The notes under the pieces: generated by a model | Databases searched by the model: none | Told to the model about the DNA's origin: nothing | What the model saw: only the letters and a program-made list of their open reading frames with translations | In this document: positions 45,267 to 54,126 of the stretch, piece by piece | How positions within the stretch are numbered: the first letter of the stretch is position 1 | Layout of the letters: the number at the start of each line of letters is the position of its first letter | NCBI GenBank assembly: GCA_964651935.1 | Contig: CAZYZM010000001.1 | Span: 1-60,535 of the forward strand | Source of the DNA: an uncultured Candidatus Saccharibacteria bacterium | Lineage (GTDB): Bacteria; Patescibacteriota; Minisyncoccia; Phycocordibacterales; Phycocordibacteraceae | DNA length: 60,535 bases | Direction: 5' to 3' | Translations under genes and position numbers: made by a program

Positions 45267-47051
45267 TTATATAACCTTCTCTTCAGGGCTTTCTTCGGTC
45301 TCCGCGCCGGTTTCGTCGCTCGTCGGCGCTTCCTCATCCGCGAGCAGGGCGCCGCCGAGCGTGTCGACCTCCTGGAACGGAATCTGGCCGGCCAGTGCTT
45401 TCATGATAGCATCCTCGCGCATCGTGAACATGCCTTTTGCACGCGCCGCTGCGTACACGCGCTCCTCGACCGGGTTCTCGAGCACCACTTTCTCGAGGTC
45501 CTTGTCCATCATCATGATCTCGAAGACGGCGAGGCGGCCGCGCGTGCCGTTCGGGCAGTCCGGCGTCGAACTCGCCTCGTAGAACGTGTCGAGCGACGGG
45601 AGCGAATCCTGCACGTTCTTGGGAAGGTCGGAGAAATCCTGCACGAGATGCTTCTTCATGCTCTCGCTGACCGGGAACGGCTTCCCTGCGCCCGGGCACA
45701 GCTTGCGCACGAGGCGCTGGCCGATGGCGGCGATGAGCGTCGGCGCGATGAGATACGGGTCGACGCCCATGTCCACGAGGCGCGGGATCACGCCCGCGGC
45801 CGTGTTGGTGTGGATGGTCGAGAAGACGAGGTGGCCGGTGAGCGCGGCCTGGATGGCGAGCTGCGCCGTCTCCTTGTCGCGGATCTCTCCCACCATGATG
45901 ATGTCCGGGTCCTGGCGCAGGATAGAGCGCAAGCCGGACGCGAAGGTGTAGCCGATCTCAGGATGCACCTGGCTCTGCGCGACGCCGGGTATCTCGTACT
46001 CGACCGGATCCTCGACCGACACGACGTTCGACGACTCGCGATCGAGCGCGGAAAGCATGGCGAAGAGCGTCGTCGACTTACCCGAACCGGTCGGGCCGGA
46101 GATGAGCACGATGCCGTACGGCCGCTCGATGATGGCGCGGATGGTCTTGAGGTCGGCTTCCGAGAAGCCGAGGCTCTCCAGCGTCGCCACCGACTTCGAA
46201 CGGTCGAGGATACGCATCACGACCTTCTCGCCGTACTGCGTCGGGAAGGTCGAGACGCGGAAATCGATGCGGCGGCCTTCGACCGTCGCCGAGAAGCGGC
46301 CGTCCTGCGGCTTGCGGCGCTCGTCCAGGCGCATCTGCGAGAGGATCTTGATGCGCGCGACGACCGCGGCATGCACCTTCGCCGGAAGCTCGAGCGAGGT
46401 ATGCAGCTCGCCGTCCATGCGGAAGCGCACCTGCGTCTTGTCGGGCGTCGGCTCGATGTGGATGTCGGACGCGCCGCCTTCCACCGCATACCGCAGGATG
46501 GTCGCGACGATCTTCGTGACCGGCGCATCCTCCTTGATGACCCGGTCCTCCTTCTCTTCCAGCACGACGTCGTCCTTCTCGTCGGGCGGCGGCTCGAGCT
46601 CGGAAAGCGCCTCGCTCACCTCGCCCGAGAGGCTGCTGTACTCGTCGAGGACCTTGTTGAAATCGTCCGTACTGATGATGAAGAGCTTGTACGGGAGCCC
46701 GACGCGGCCCGCGATGAACTGGAGCGCGTCGAGCGCTTCGATATTGTCAGGGTCCGTGATGCCGACCTCGAGCGCGCCGCTCTCCGCGCCGATGGGCGCG
46801 AAGCCGTAGTGCTTCGCGGACTCTTCCGGAATATAGCTGAGCGCGTCCTTGCCGATGGGCGCGGCCGAGAGCATGCGGTACGGTATGCGGTACTTGTCGC
46901 TCGCCGCCTTCAGGATAGCCTCCTTGCCGATGCCCCGCTTGTCCAGGATCGTCTCGACCGGCACCTTCGTCGACTGCGCCTCGGCCGCGATGGCGGTCGC
47001 GTCATCAGGGCTGAGGGAGCCGTTTTCCGTAAGGAGCGAGAGGATGTTCAT
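45267..47051 (-). CDS. pilB: type IV pilus assembly ATPase (GspE/PilB family)
   Basis: 594 aa. N-terminal T2SSE_N-like region, Walker A GPTGSGKSTT, MVGEIRD, and a tetracysteine-less C-terminal domain. Confidence 0.9.
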   Translation of the reverse strand: MNILSLLTENGSLSPDDATAIAAEAQSTKVPVETILDKRGIGKEAILKAASDKYRIPYRMLSAAPIGKDALSYIPEESAKHYGFAPIGAESGALEVGITDPDNIEALDALQFIAGRVGLPYKLFIISTDDFNKVLDEYSSLSGEVSEALSELEPPPDEKDDVVLEEKEDRVIKEDAPVTKIVATILRYAVEGGASDIHIEPTPDKTQVRFRMDGELHTSLELPAKVHAAVVARIKILSQMRLDERRKPQDGRFSATVEGRRIDFRVSTFPTQYGEKVVMRILDRSKSVATLESLGFSEADLKTIRAIIERPYGIVLISGPTGSGKSTTLFAMLSALDRESSNVVSVEDPVEYEIPGVAQSQVHPEIGYTFASGLRSILRQDPDIIMVGEIRDKETAQLAIQAALTGHLVFSTIHTNTAAGVIPRLVDMGVDPYLIAPTLIAAIGQRLVRKLCPGAGKPFPVSESMKKHLVQDFSDLPKNVQDSLPSLDTFYEASSTPDCPNGTRGRLAVFEIMMMDKDLEKVVLENPVEERVYAAARAKGMFTMREDAIMKALAGQIPFQEVDTLGGALLADEEAPTSDETGAETEESPEEKVI

Positions 47052-47121
47052 GCGTCAGGATACGGCGAGGCCGTTAGTCGTATCATATACTACCCGGCGC
47101 GCGCCCTGCGGCGCGTGCTGC

Positions 47122-47412
47122 TTATTTCCCGAGCGGCGCGAACGGATCCGTGCGGCCCGTGGCTTCGGGGACGATAGCGGTGCGAATATTCTCGCGCGTC
47201 ATGAAGCGCGGATCGGAAAGGAGCGCCGTATCGAAGACGATCGGCTCGAGCTTGCCCACGAGCGTGATGAAGGAGAGCTCCGCGTCGGTCGCTGCGGCCG
47301 GCTGGGTCACGAGGGTCGCGTCCGTGCCGGAATCGAAGAAGAAGAAATAGTACGCGAGGCCGCCGGCGACGATGACGAGACAGATGACGAGGATGAGCGT
47401 ATTGCGGTTCAT
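47122..47412 (-). CDS. small membrane-anchored pilus-locus protein (PilP-position), function unknown
   Basis: 96 aa with an N-terminal helix LILVICLVIVAGGLAYYFFFF. Its position between pilO and pilB suggests an assembly subunit. Confidence 0.5.
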   Translation of the reverse strand: MNRNTLILVICLVIVAGGLAYYFFFFDSGTDATLVTQPAAATDAELSFITLVGKLEPIVFDTALLSDPRFMTRENIRTAIVPEATGRTDPFAPLGK

Positions 47413-47428
47413 GGTGCGTACGGAAAGG

Positions 47429-48037
47429 TTACCGGAGCCAGTAAATGCGGACGGTTACGGCGTAGGTGTATACGCCGGTTTCCGACTCGTCGACGCTGAC
47501 ATCCATGACGTCGAGCGGGCGGAGGCTGTTCTCCATGCCGGAAAGGAAGGTGCGGAAGGCGTCGTAGGTGCCGGTCGCGTTGAACGTGAGGTTCAGGGAA
47601 TCTATCGGCGAGCTCGACGTAAGGACGCCGTCCGCCCCGACGAGCGGCTCTCCGGGCATGATTCCGGCGTCGGGGCTCGCCGCGGCCGCGCCGTTCTGCG
47701 CCGCATCGTCGCTCCCCTCCCCTTCGATGCTGAAATCAGAGAGCGTGACGCCGGAGCGCGCGGCGAGCGCGTCCATGTCGAGGATGAGCTGCACGTTGTC
47801 CACGCCGTCGGGCAGGAACTCCTTGAGGCGGTCGAGGCTGTCGGGAGAGATCTGCGTGCGCGCCTGCGTGAGCTGGGCCTCCTTCTGCTGGAAGCGCTGC
47901 GCCGCCGCGAGCGCGTTGTCGAAGCTCTGTATCTGCGCGCGCGTCTGGTGTATCGGGCCGGAGTACGTCGGCTTCACGTAAAGAAGGAAGAGCGCGACGG
48001 CGAAGATGAGGGCGATGAAGGGGATGAGGCGTGACAT
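47429..48037 (-). CDS. pilO: PilO-like pilus assembly protein
   Basis: 202 aa with an N-terminal helix, a coiled coil (QSFDNALAAAQRFQQKEAQL) and a C-terminal ferredoxin-like part. Assigned partly on synteny with pilM/pilN. Confidence 0.65.
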   Translation of the reverse strand: MSRLIPFIALIFAVALFLLYVKPTYSGPIHQTRAQIQSFDNALAAAQRFQQKEAQLTQARTQISPDSLDRLKEFLPDGVDNVQLILDMDALAARSGVTLSDFSIEGEGSDDAAQNGAAAASPDAGIMPGEPLVGADGVLTSSSPIDSLNLTFNATGTYDAFRTFLSGMENSLRPLDVMDVSVDESETGVYTYAVTVRIYWLR

Positions 48038-48040
48038 ACG

Positions 48041-48796
48041 TTATGGCGTTAGCGGGGTGCTCGTCGTCGCGGCAGCGCCTTCGACCGCATCCCCGGCGGC
48101 CGGCGGCTCTTCCGTCGTTACCGGCGCTTCCGGCTCAGACTCGGGCTCGGGCCCGGCGGTGATGCCCGGGTCCTTCCCTTCGACGACGAGCTTCGAATCG
48201 ACATCCGCGGTGAGCGTGAAGCTCACGAGCTTGTCGTCGCTGAGCGATATGTCAGAGAAGATGGCCCGCTTTATGCGCTTGTCCCCTGCGAAGAGGTTCG
48301 ACTGCGCGGCGAGCGCGTTGAAGTTCTTGGCCGTGCCGCTCATGATCAGCTGCGCCGTACGGTCTTCCGCGATCGTGAGCTTGAGCGAATCGAAACGCAC
48401 GTTCTGGAGCGTCAGCGACTCGAGGGCGTCGAAGAACTGCGAGAGCTCGACGTGGTTGTTGAGGAGGTCCCGCCCGTTCGAGAGGCGGTCGCGCAGGCGG
48501 ATGAACTCCTCGACCTGGTCCTCGTCGACCTGGCTCTGCGCGGCCGCGAGCTGCGTCTGCTTGCTGGCGAGCGTGCTCGTCAGGTACTTGCTGTAGAGGA
48601 ATACGCCGACCGCCATGACCACGGCGATGAGCGCGACGGCGAGCGACACGAAGAGGAAGATGTTCGTGCCGGAACTCATCGGCCGGTGCGTCGGCTTTAC
48701 CGGCTGCTTAGGGACGAATGACGTCGGTATGGTTGGAGAAGGAGCCACGTGTAGAGTATACGCTACCGAAAGAACCCCGTGCCAGGGCTTATGCAC
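48041..48796 (-). CDS. pilN: PilN-like pilus assembly protein
   Basis: 251 aa (GTG start; alternative ATG at 48679). A transmembrane helix followed by a coiled coil, with a Pro/Glu-rich tail. Lies directly downstream of pilM. Confidence 0.6.
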   Translation of the reverse strand: MHKPWHGVLSVAYTLHVAPSPTIPTSFVPKQPVKPTHRPMSSGTNIFLFVSLAVALIAVVMAVGVFLYSKYLTSTLASKQTQLAAAQSQVDEDQVEEFIRLRDRLSNGRDLLNNHVELSQFFDALESLTLQNVRFDSLKLTIAEDRTAQLIMSGTAKNFNALAAQSNLFAGDKRIKRAIFSDISLSDDKLVSFTLTADVDSKLVVEGKDPGITAGPEPESEPEAPVTTEEPPAAGDAVEGAAATTSTPLTP

Positions 48797-48814
48797 AGAT
48801 GCGCGCTCCCCTCC

Positions 48815-49906
48815 CTACTGCATCTCCTCGAGCTTGCGCAGCGCGAGCCCGACGGCGACGGCGAACTCCGGGCCGATCTCCGCGAGCACCGGCTGCATGA
48901 AGGCGGGCGCCTGCACCTTCGAGAACGGGTCCGCGAGCTCGACAGGGATGGAGAAGAAATCCTTCGCGTACGCCGCGAGGTCCTTCGTCACGCCGCCGCC
49001 GCCCGTGAGCACCAGCGCGGCCACGCTCTTGCTGCTGCCGGTCTCGTACTGCGTGAGCGCGCGCTTCGCCTCCTCGAAGATGCGCGAGTAGATGATCTCT
49101 ATCGTGCTGCGCGCATACGGCGCGTTCTCGCCGCCCACGGAGAAGCCGTGCTCCTTCTTCTTGAGCTCCGCCTGCTCTATCGAGAGGTTCGAAGCGGCGG
49201 CGATGGTGCGCGTTACGTCCTGGCCGCCGTTCGGAATGTTGTGCGAGAAGGCGACGACGCCGTGCTCTACGACGTAGACCTTCGTGGCGGACGCGCCGAT
49301 ATCGAGCACGAGCACCGGCTTGACCGGCTCGTTCACGACCGAGCGGATAGTGCTGAATATCTCTATCTCGAAGAACGTCGCGGCGAGGTTCGCGCCCTGG
49401 ACGACGCCCTGCAGGAGCGCGAGCACGTCGTTATGCACGGCTACCAAAAGCACCTTCACCTTGTCAGGCGGCTCCTTCCCTTCCGGAATCGGCTCAGGCA
49501 CGACGAACCAGTCCAGCTGCACCTCGCTTACCGGCACCGGGATGTACTTGCGCGCTTCCAGCTGCACCATCGTCCGCTGCTCGTTCGGATCGTCGCGTCG
49601 CGGCAGGGTGATGAGGCGCAGCAGCGAGCGGGAGAACGGTATGGAAAGGCCCGCGTCGTTGGTCGTCACGTTCGCCTCGCGCAGGAGGTCGCGGAGCGTC
49701 TCGGCGACCTTGTCCGCCGGCAGGTTCGTGGCCTGGCCGACCTGGCCGCCCGCATACGGGCCGAGCGCGAGCTCGCCGTACGTCTCGAGCACGGCCGTCT
49801 CGCCTTCGCGGCGCAGCTGCACCACTTTCAGCGACGACGAGCCGATATCGATGCCGACGACGCTCGCGCTCTTTTTCTTCCCAAAAATACTTGAGAGGAA
49901 GCTCAT
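48815..49906 (-). CDS. pilM: PilM, actin-like ATPase of the pilus alignment complex
   Basis: 363 aa. The phosphate-1 motif VVGIDIGSSSLKVVQL and the later LDIGASATKV are typical of PilM/FtsA-like proteins. Confidence 0.85.
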   Translation of the reverse strand: MSFLSSIFGKKKSASVVGIDIGSSSLKVVQLRREGETAVLETYGELALGPYAGGQVGQATNLPADKVAETLRDLLREANVTTNDAGLSIPFSRSLLRLITLPRRDDPNEQRTMVQLEARKYIPVPVSEVQLDWFVVPEPIPEGKEPPDKVKVLLVAVHNDVLALLQGVVQGANLAATFFEIEIFSTIRSVVNEPVKPVLVLDIGASATKVYVVEHGVVAFSHNIPNGGQDVTRTIAAASNLSIEQAELKKKEHGFSVGGENAPYARSTIEIIYSRIFEEAKRALTQYETGSSKSVAALVLTGGGGVTKDLAAYAKDFFSIPVELADPFSKVQAPAFMQPVLAEIGPEFAVAVGLALRKLEEMQ

Positions 49907-49932
49907 GTGCGGAATTGTAGCATGCAGACTGC

Positions 49933-50664
49933 ATGTTTAACCCCTTGTTTCAGGTGCTTGTAGACGCCGTATTCCCGCCGCGCGGCACGGAGCAGATCGT
50001 GCGCGCGCTGGCCGCGCGCGGCGAGGGCGCGCTCACGGCATTCATGCGTCCCGTATGCATGGAGGAAGCGGCCGCGCCGTTCTCCGCCGTCGCGCTCCTG
50101 CCCTATGCGCAGCCTGAAGTGGCAGCATGCGTGCGTGAGGCGAAGTTCGGCGGCAGCATACGCGCCGCGCAGCTCCTGGGCAGCGTGCTACGCGACTTCC
50201 TGCGCGAATATCTTGCAGAGAGCTTCCTCTGGGATGCGGAACCGCCCTGCATCGTGCCGCTTCCGCTCTCTCCTGGCCGCTTAAAAGAGCGCGGATACAA
50301 CCAGGCAGAGCGCATCGTACGCGCCGCGTTCGGCGCAGGCGGGCAGAAAGCAGCAGAGGCCGTCATAGACACGACGCTCTTGGCGCGCACCCGCGCGACG
50401 CGGCCGCAGACCAGCCTCTCGGCGCGCGCGCGTCGGAAGAACCTCGCCGGCGCGTTCGCGGCGCGCGCCTGCGATCCGCACCGCACCTATATGCCGGTCG
50501 ACGACGTCTATACGACCGGCAGCACCATGGCGGCTGCCGTGGCCGCGCTCCGGCAAGCCGGAGCGCGGCACATCCTCCCTCTCGCGTTGGCGTATCAGGC
50601 GCGAAATGATACCGTAGGGAATACCGGAGACGTGGCTGAGTGGCCGAAAGCGCCTCACTGCTAA
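49933..50664 (+). CDS. comFC: ComF family protein (phosphoribosyltransferase domain)
   Basis: 243 aa. ERGYNQAE block and PRPP motif PVDDVYTTGSTMAAA. The last approximately 13 codons run into the tRNA-Ser gene. Confidence 0.75.
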   Translation: MFNPLFQVLVDAVFPPRGTEQIVRALAARGEGALTAFMRPVCMEEAAAPFSAVALLPYAQPEVAACVREAKFGGSIRAAQLLGSVLRDFLREYLAESFLWDAEPPCIVPLPLSPGRLKERGYNQAERIVRAAFGAGGQKAAEAVIDTTLLARTRATRPQTSLSARARRKNLAGAFAARACDPHRTYMPVDDVYTTGSTMAAAVAALRQAGARHILPLALAYQARNDTVGNTGDVAEWPKAPHC

Positions 50665-50712
50665 CGAGGTAGGGTGTAAAAGCCCTCGTGGGTTCGAATC
50701 CCACCGTCTCCG
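50626..50712 (+). tRNA. tRNA-Ser (anticodon GCT)
   Basis: GGAGACG-TG-GCTGAGTGGCCGAAAGC-G-CCTCA-CTGCTAA-CGAGG, a long variable arm (TAGGGTGTAAAAGCCCTC), then GTGGG-TTCGAAT-CCCAC-CGTCTCC-G. Confidence 0.9.
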
Positions 50713-50795
50713 CCCGAAATATCTGTTATCGGCAGACCTGTATGCCTCGATAACATAAGGAGGCCAAAAAGGCCTTAGTTCGATATTATAAGTTT

Positions 50796-51305
50796 ATGAA
50801 CATCTACGTCCTCGCAGGAATCGTCATAGTTCTGCTCATCGCTCTTGCCATCCTCAGAGCGGTCGTTGATCGTGGCGAAGAGCACGAGAAGCCGAAGTAT
50901 CGTTATACGCGCAAGCAGTTCTTCCTTAGCCGTGCCGAGCATGAGTTCTATGATGCGCTCATTGCCGCCGTTGGCGACAGGTACCATATATTCGCGCAGG
51001 TGCATCTTCCAACCATCATCGATAATAAAGTGAAAGGACAGGATTGGCGTGCCGCGCTCGCGCATATCAACCGCAAGTCCGTTGACTTCGTACTTTGCGA
51101 CAAGGCGTATATCTCCCCGAAGCTTGCTATCGAACTGGATGATAAGAGTCACGAACGACCCGACCGACAGGAGCGGGATCGTGAAGTCGAGCGCATCTTG
51201 GCCGATGCGGGCGTACCGCTACTCCGTATAGAGAACAAAGGTCGCTTTGATCCGGCTGAATTGGCGCAGCGGGTAAATGGATATGAGCAACGAAATCACA
51301 CCTAG
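50796..51305 (+). CDS. DUF2726 domain protein (restriction-endonuclease-like fold)
   Basis: 169 aa. N-terminal helix, then FLSRAEHEFYDALIAAVGDRYHIFAQV...SVDFVLCD....PKLAIELDD.SH....RQERD, typical of DUF2726. Confidence 0.7.
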   Translation: MNIYVLAGIVIVLLIALAILRAVVDRGEEHEKPKYRYTRKQFFLSRAEHEFYDALIAAVGDRYHIFAQVHLPTIIDNKVKGQDWRAALAHINRKSVDFVLCDKAYISPKLAIELDDKSHERPDRQERDREVERILADAGVPLLRIENKGRFDPAELAQRVNGYEQRNHT

Positions 51306-51413
51306 TACTGAACCCGAGGACATACACTTCAGGATTTCTTCATAAAGCGTTCAGTATGCTCGGAGTTACGGTTCATTACCCGGCCATGACACGCATGATA
51401 CAAGAATAGGCAT

Positions 51414-51863
51414 ATGGGAATCCGCAGGTCACGGTCAGCAGGCGGCATAGTGATAAGCCCCGAAGAGAGCATCGCCATGGTCCAGCACCGTGTCGGGAAC
51501 GGAGCCTGGCTCTTCCCGAAAGGACACGTCGAGCTGGGAGAGAGCGACGAAGAAGCGGCGCGCCGGGAGATAGAGGAAGAGACCGGCCTCAGCGGCCTTA
51601 CGCTCCATGACGACCTCGGCAGCTATGAGCGGCACCCGTGGCTTCCCGACGGCACGGAGGACCGCACCGAGCTGAAAGAGATACATATGTTCCTTTTCAC
51701 GGCGCCGGATAGCGACGCGCTCGCGCCTACGCTCGAGATAGAGTTCGCGCGCTGGGTCCCGTTCGAGCGCGTCATCGCCGAGAGCGGCAACGAAGCCGAC
51801 CGCGCGTGGTTCGCGCAGGTTACCGGGCGCATCCGGCAGGCGCTCGGCGTCAGCGGACGATGA
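51414..51863 (+). CDS. NUDIX hydrolase
   Basis: 149 aa with the Nudix box GHVELGESDEEAARREIEEETGL. Confidence 0.85.
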   Translation: MGIRRSRSAGGIVISPEESIAMVQHRVGNGAWLFPKGHVELGESDEEAARREIEEETGLSGLTLHDDLGSYERHPWLPDGTEDRTELKEIHMFLFTAPDSDALAPTLEIEFARWVPFERVIAESGNEADRAWFAQVTGRIRQALGVSGR

Positions 51864-52284
51864 AGAACAGGTAGGCGGCCAGCGGGACGCCCCAACTGAA
51901 CCAGTCGGTAATGCCCTTGCCGATGCGCTGCTGGTAGGTGCGCGGCTGGACCACGAATTCCTGGTACGTGATGACGAGCATGGCCAGGATGAAGACGATG
52001 GGCAGCGCGCGGTCGCTTCCCACGAGGAACTGCGATATGACCGTACCGCCGCCTATGACGATTCCCGCGCCGATGATGTGGAACAGCTCGCGATACGCGC
52101 CGAGCCGCAGTCCGTATCGTCCTGTGCCCAGCATCTCCTGCATCTGCGCGAGCGAGTGCTCGTATGAACGGCGCCAGCGCACCCGTTCCCCGTCGATATA
52201 TGAAGAGAACGGATACACGCGGTCGGGGAATGTGACGAAGAAGTGGTAGAGCGCGAATCGGCGCGCGGGCTCGGGCGTTTCCAT
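51850..52284 (-). CDS. hypothetical membrane protein
   Basis: 144 aa with 3 hydrophobic helices. Convergent 14-nt overlap with the NUDIX gene. Confidence 0.5.
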   Translation of the reverse strand: METPEPARRFALYHFFVTFPDRVYPFSSYIDGERVRWRRSYEHSLAQMQEMLGTGRYGLRLGAYRELFHIIGAGIVIGGGTVISQFLVGSDRALPIVFILAMLVITYQEFVVQPRTYQQRIGKGITDWFSWGVPLAAYLFFIVR

Positions 52285-52316
52285 ACCGGTACAGTATACC
52301 TTTCCCTGCCGTCCTC

Positions 52317-53453
52317 CTAGCGGACGGCCTTGGCGATCGCCGGCACCACCCGTGCGTCGAATATGCCGGGGAGGAGCTTCCTGGCCGTCGGCATAGGGAC
52401 GAGGGCGGCGAGCGCCTTGGCCGCGCGCAGCTTCGTATCCGTCGTTATCTTCTGCACGCCCTTGTCGAGAGCCCCGCGGAAGACGCCCGGGAAGACGAGC
52501 GCGTTGTTTATCTGGTTCGGGAAGTCAGAACGTCCCGTGGCGACGATCGCTGCGCCCGCAGCGTATGCCTCGTCCGGCAGGATTTCCGGCTCAGGGTTCG
52601 CGAGGGCGAATATGATAGGGCGCTCGGCCATCGTGCGCACGTGCTCGGCAGCGAGGAGACCCTTCCCCGAAAGGCCGACGAACGCGTCGGCGCCTGCCAG
52701 CACGTCTGCCAGCGCGCCCTCGGCCTTGCGCGGGTTGGTCACGACGGCGAGCTCCTGCTTCACGTGCGTGAGGTCAGGGCGGCCCTGATAGATGGCGCCG
52801 CCGCGGTCGAGCACGACGACATCAGGGATGCCGGCAGCGACGAGCAGCTTCGCGACGGCCGTGCCGGCCGCGCCCGCGCCGGAAATGACCACGCGCATCT
52901 TCTTGAGGCTCTTCTTCGCGACTTTCGCCGCGTTCGTAAGGCCGGCGAGCACGACGATGGCGGTGCCGTGCTGGTCGTCATGCATGACGGGAATGTCGAG
53001 CGCGTCCGAGAGGCGCTCCTCTATCTCGAAACAGCCCGGCGCCTTGATGTCCTCGAGATTGATGCCGCCGAAAGAAGGCGCGATGGCGAGCACGGTACGG
53101 ACGATCTCGTCAGGATCCTGCGTGTCGAGCACGATAGGCCAGGCGTCGATGCCGGCCATCTCCTTGAAGATGAGCGCCTTCCCTTCCATCACCGGAAGCG
53201 CGCCGTACGGGCCGATGTTGCCGAGTCCGAGCACCGCCGAGCCGTCAGAAATGACGGCGACGGAGTTCTTCTTCACGGAAAGCTGCCGCGCATCCTCCGG
53301 ATGCGCGGCCAGGTGCGCGCTCGCGGCGCCCACACCCGGCGTATAGAACAGCGAGAGGTCATCCTTCGTCTTCAGCCGTACCCGCGCCTTGGTCTCGATG
53401 CGCGCGCCCGCCTTCTTGTATTTCCCGACGATTCCCGACGATTTCATATCCAT
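52317..53453 (-). CDS. NAD(P)-dependent malic enzyme (short form)
   Basis: 378 aa. YTPGV, VISDGSAVLGLGNIGP, INLEDI and the dinucleotide fold VISGAGAAGTAVAKLL. Confidence 0.9.
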   Translation of the reverse strand: MDMKSSGIVGKYKKAGARIETKARVRLKTKDDLSLFYTPGVGAASAHLAAHPEDARQLSVKKNSVAVISDGSAVLGLGNIGPYGALPVMEGKALIFKEMAGIDAWPIVLDTQDPDEIVRTVLAIAPSFGGINLEDIKAPGCFEIEERLSDALDIPVMHDDQHGTAIVVLAGLTNAAKVAKKSLKKMRVVISGAGAAGTAVAKLLVAAGIPDVVVLDRGGAIYQGRPDLTHVKQELAVVTNPRKAEGALADVLAGADAFVGLSGKGLLAAEHVRTMAERPIIFALANPEPEILPDEAYAAGAAIVATGRSDFPNQINNALVFPGVFRGALDKGVQKITTDTKLRAAKALAALVPMPTARKLLPGIFDARVVPAIAKAVR

Positions 53454-53511
53454 AGGGACTCAGTATCCCATACCCCGCGCGATCGTGCGCGGGGAAAAGC
53501 GGGCGCAGGCG

Positions 53512-54012
53512 TCAAGGGTTCGCGTAGCAGCCCGGCGCTTGCCAGTTCGATCCTGCTTCCGTGTCGCTCGTCGCGCCGCTCGATCCGACGCAGAAGTACT
53601 TCCCGCTCGGCAGGCGCGCCATGACCGAATACTGGCCATCGTTGCTGAAGCCTGCGCCGCTGTTCACCCCGGTGTACATGTAGCCGTTCGTGATGGGATT
53701 CGTCACGAGCCCCTTGAGCGATTCGCAGATGGCGCCCGCGTTCGCCGCGTACGTGCCGCTGTACTTTGTCGCGCAATTCGTCGTCGATTTCGCCCAGCCC
53801 GTATTGAGCGCGGCGTAGCTGCCGGTATCGGCGTACTCAAGCTCCATGAGCGTACGGAACTGCAGCACCTGCGCCTCGATCGCGCTCGTGCGCGCCTTCG
53901 CCCGCGCCGTGTTGAGGCTCGCAAGCACGACGCTCGAAAGGAGGCCGATGATGGCGATGACGACCAAAAGCTCGATGAGGGTGAAGGCGCGGGGTGCGCG
54001 GGAATGAGCCAT
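53512..54012 (-). CDS. type IV pilin paralogue 3 (Ala at position -1)
   Basis: 166 aa. MAHSRAPRAFTLIELLVVIAIIGLLSSVVLASLNTARAKA. The N-terminal coding DNA is similar but not identical to the tandem pilins. Confidence 0.8.
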   Translation of the reverse strand: MAHSRAPRAFTLIELLVVIAIIGLLSSVVLASLNTARAKARTSAIEAQVLQFRTLMELEYADTGSYAALNTGWAKSTTNCATKYSGTYAANAGAICESLKGLVTNPITNGYMYTGVNSGAGFSNDGQYSVMARLPSGKYFCVGSSGATSDTEAGSNWQAPGCYANP

Positions 54013-54037
54013 TACTTTTCATACTACACCGAACTGA

Positions 54038-54066
54038 CCCCCCCCCCCCCGAAACGGGGCGGGGGG
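54038..54066. repeat. homopolymer tract C13 (G13 on the pilin strand) forming a GC hairpin with CGGGGCGGGGGG
   Basis: Counted directly: C at 54038-54050, GAAA, then CGGGGCGGGGGG at 54055-54066. It lies 26-38 nt upstream of the pilin ATG at 54012. Confidence 0.9.
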
Positions 54067-54070
54067 ATAA

Positions 54071-54126
54071 AAAGAATCACACAATTAATACCACAACTAG
54101 TTGTGGTATTAATTGTGTGATTCTTT
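54071..54126. repeat. 56-bp perfect AT-rich palindrome (28-bp arms); probable mscS terminator and/or operator
   Basis: AAAGAATCACACAATTAATACCACAACT/AGTTGTGGTATTAATTGTGTGATTCTTT, verified arm against arm. It lies 9 nt downstream of the MscS-like stop, and on the minus strand it runs into TTTTTAT. Confidence 0.9.

Noticed and set aside
45648-47177. 509-aa plus-strand ORF
   Set aside because: It is antisense to pilB, which has Walker motifs on the minus strand. Arg/Asp-rich shadow ORF.
54044-54066. GC hairpin considered as a terminator
   Set aside because: No U-tract follows on either strand. It is interpreted instead as part of the homopolymer/regulatory region upstream of the pilin.
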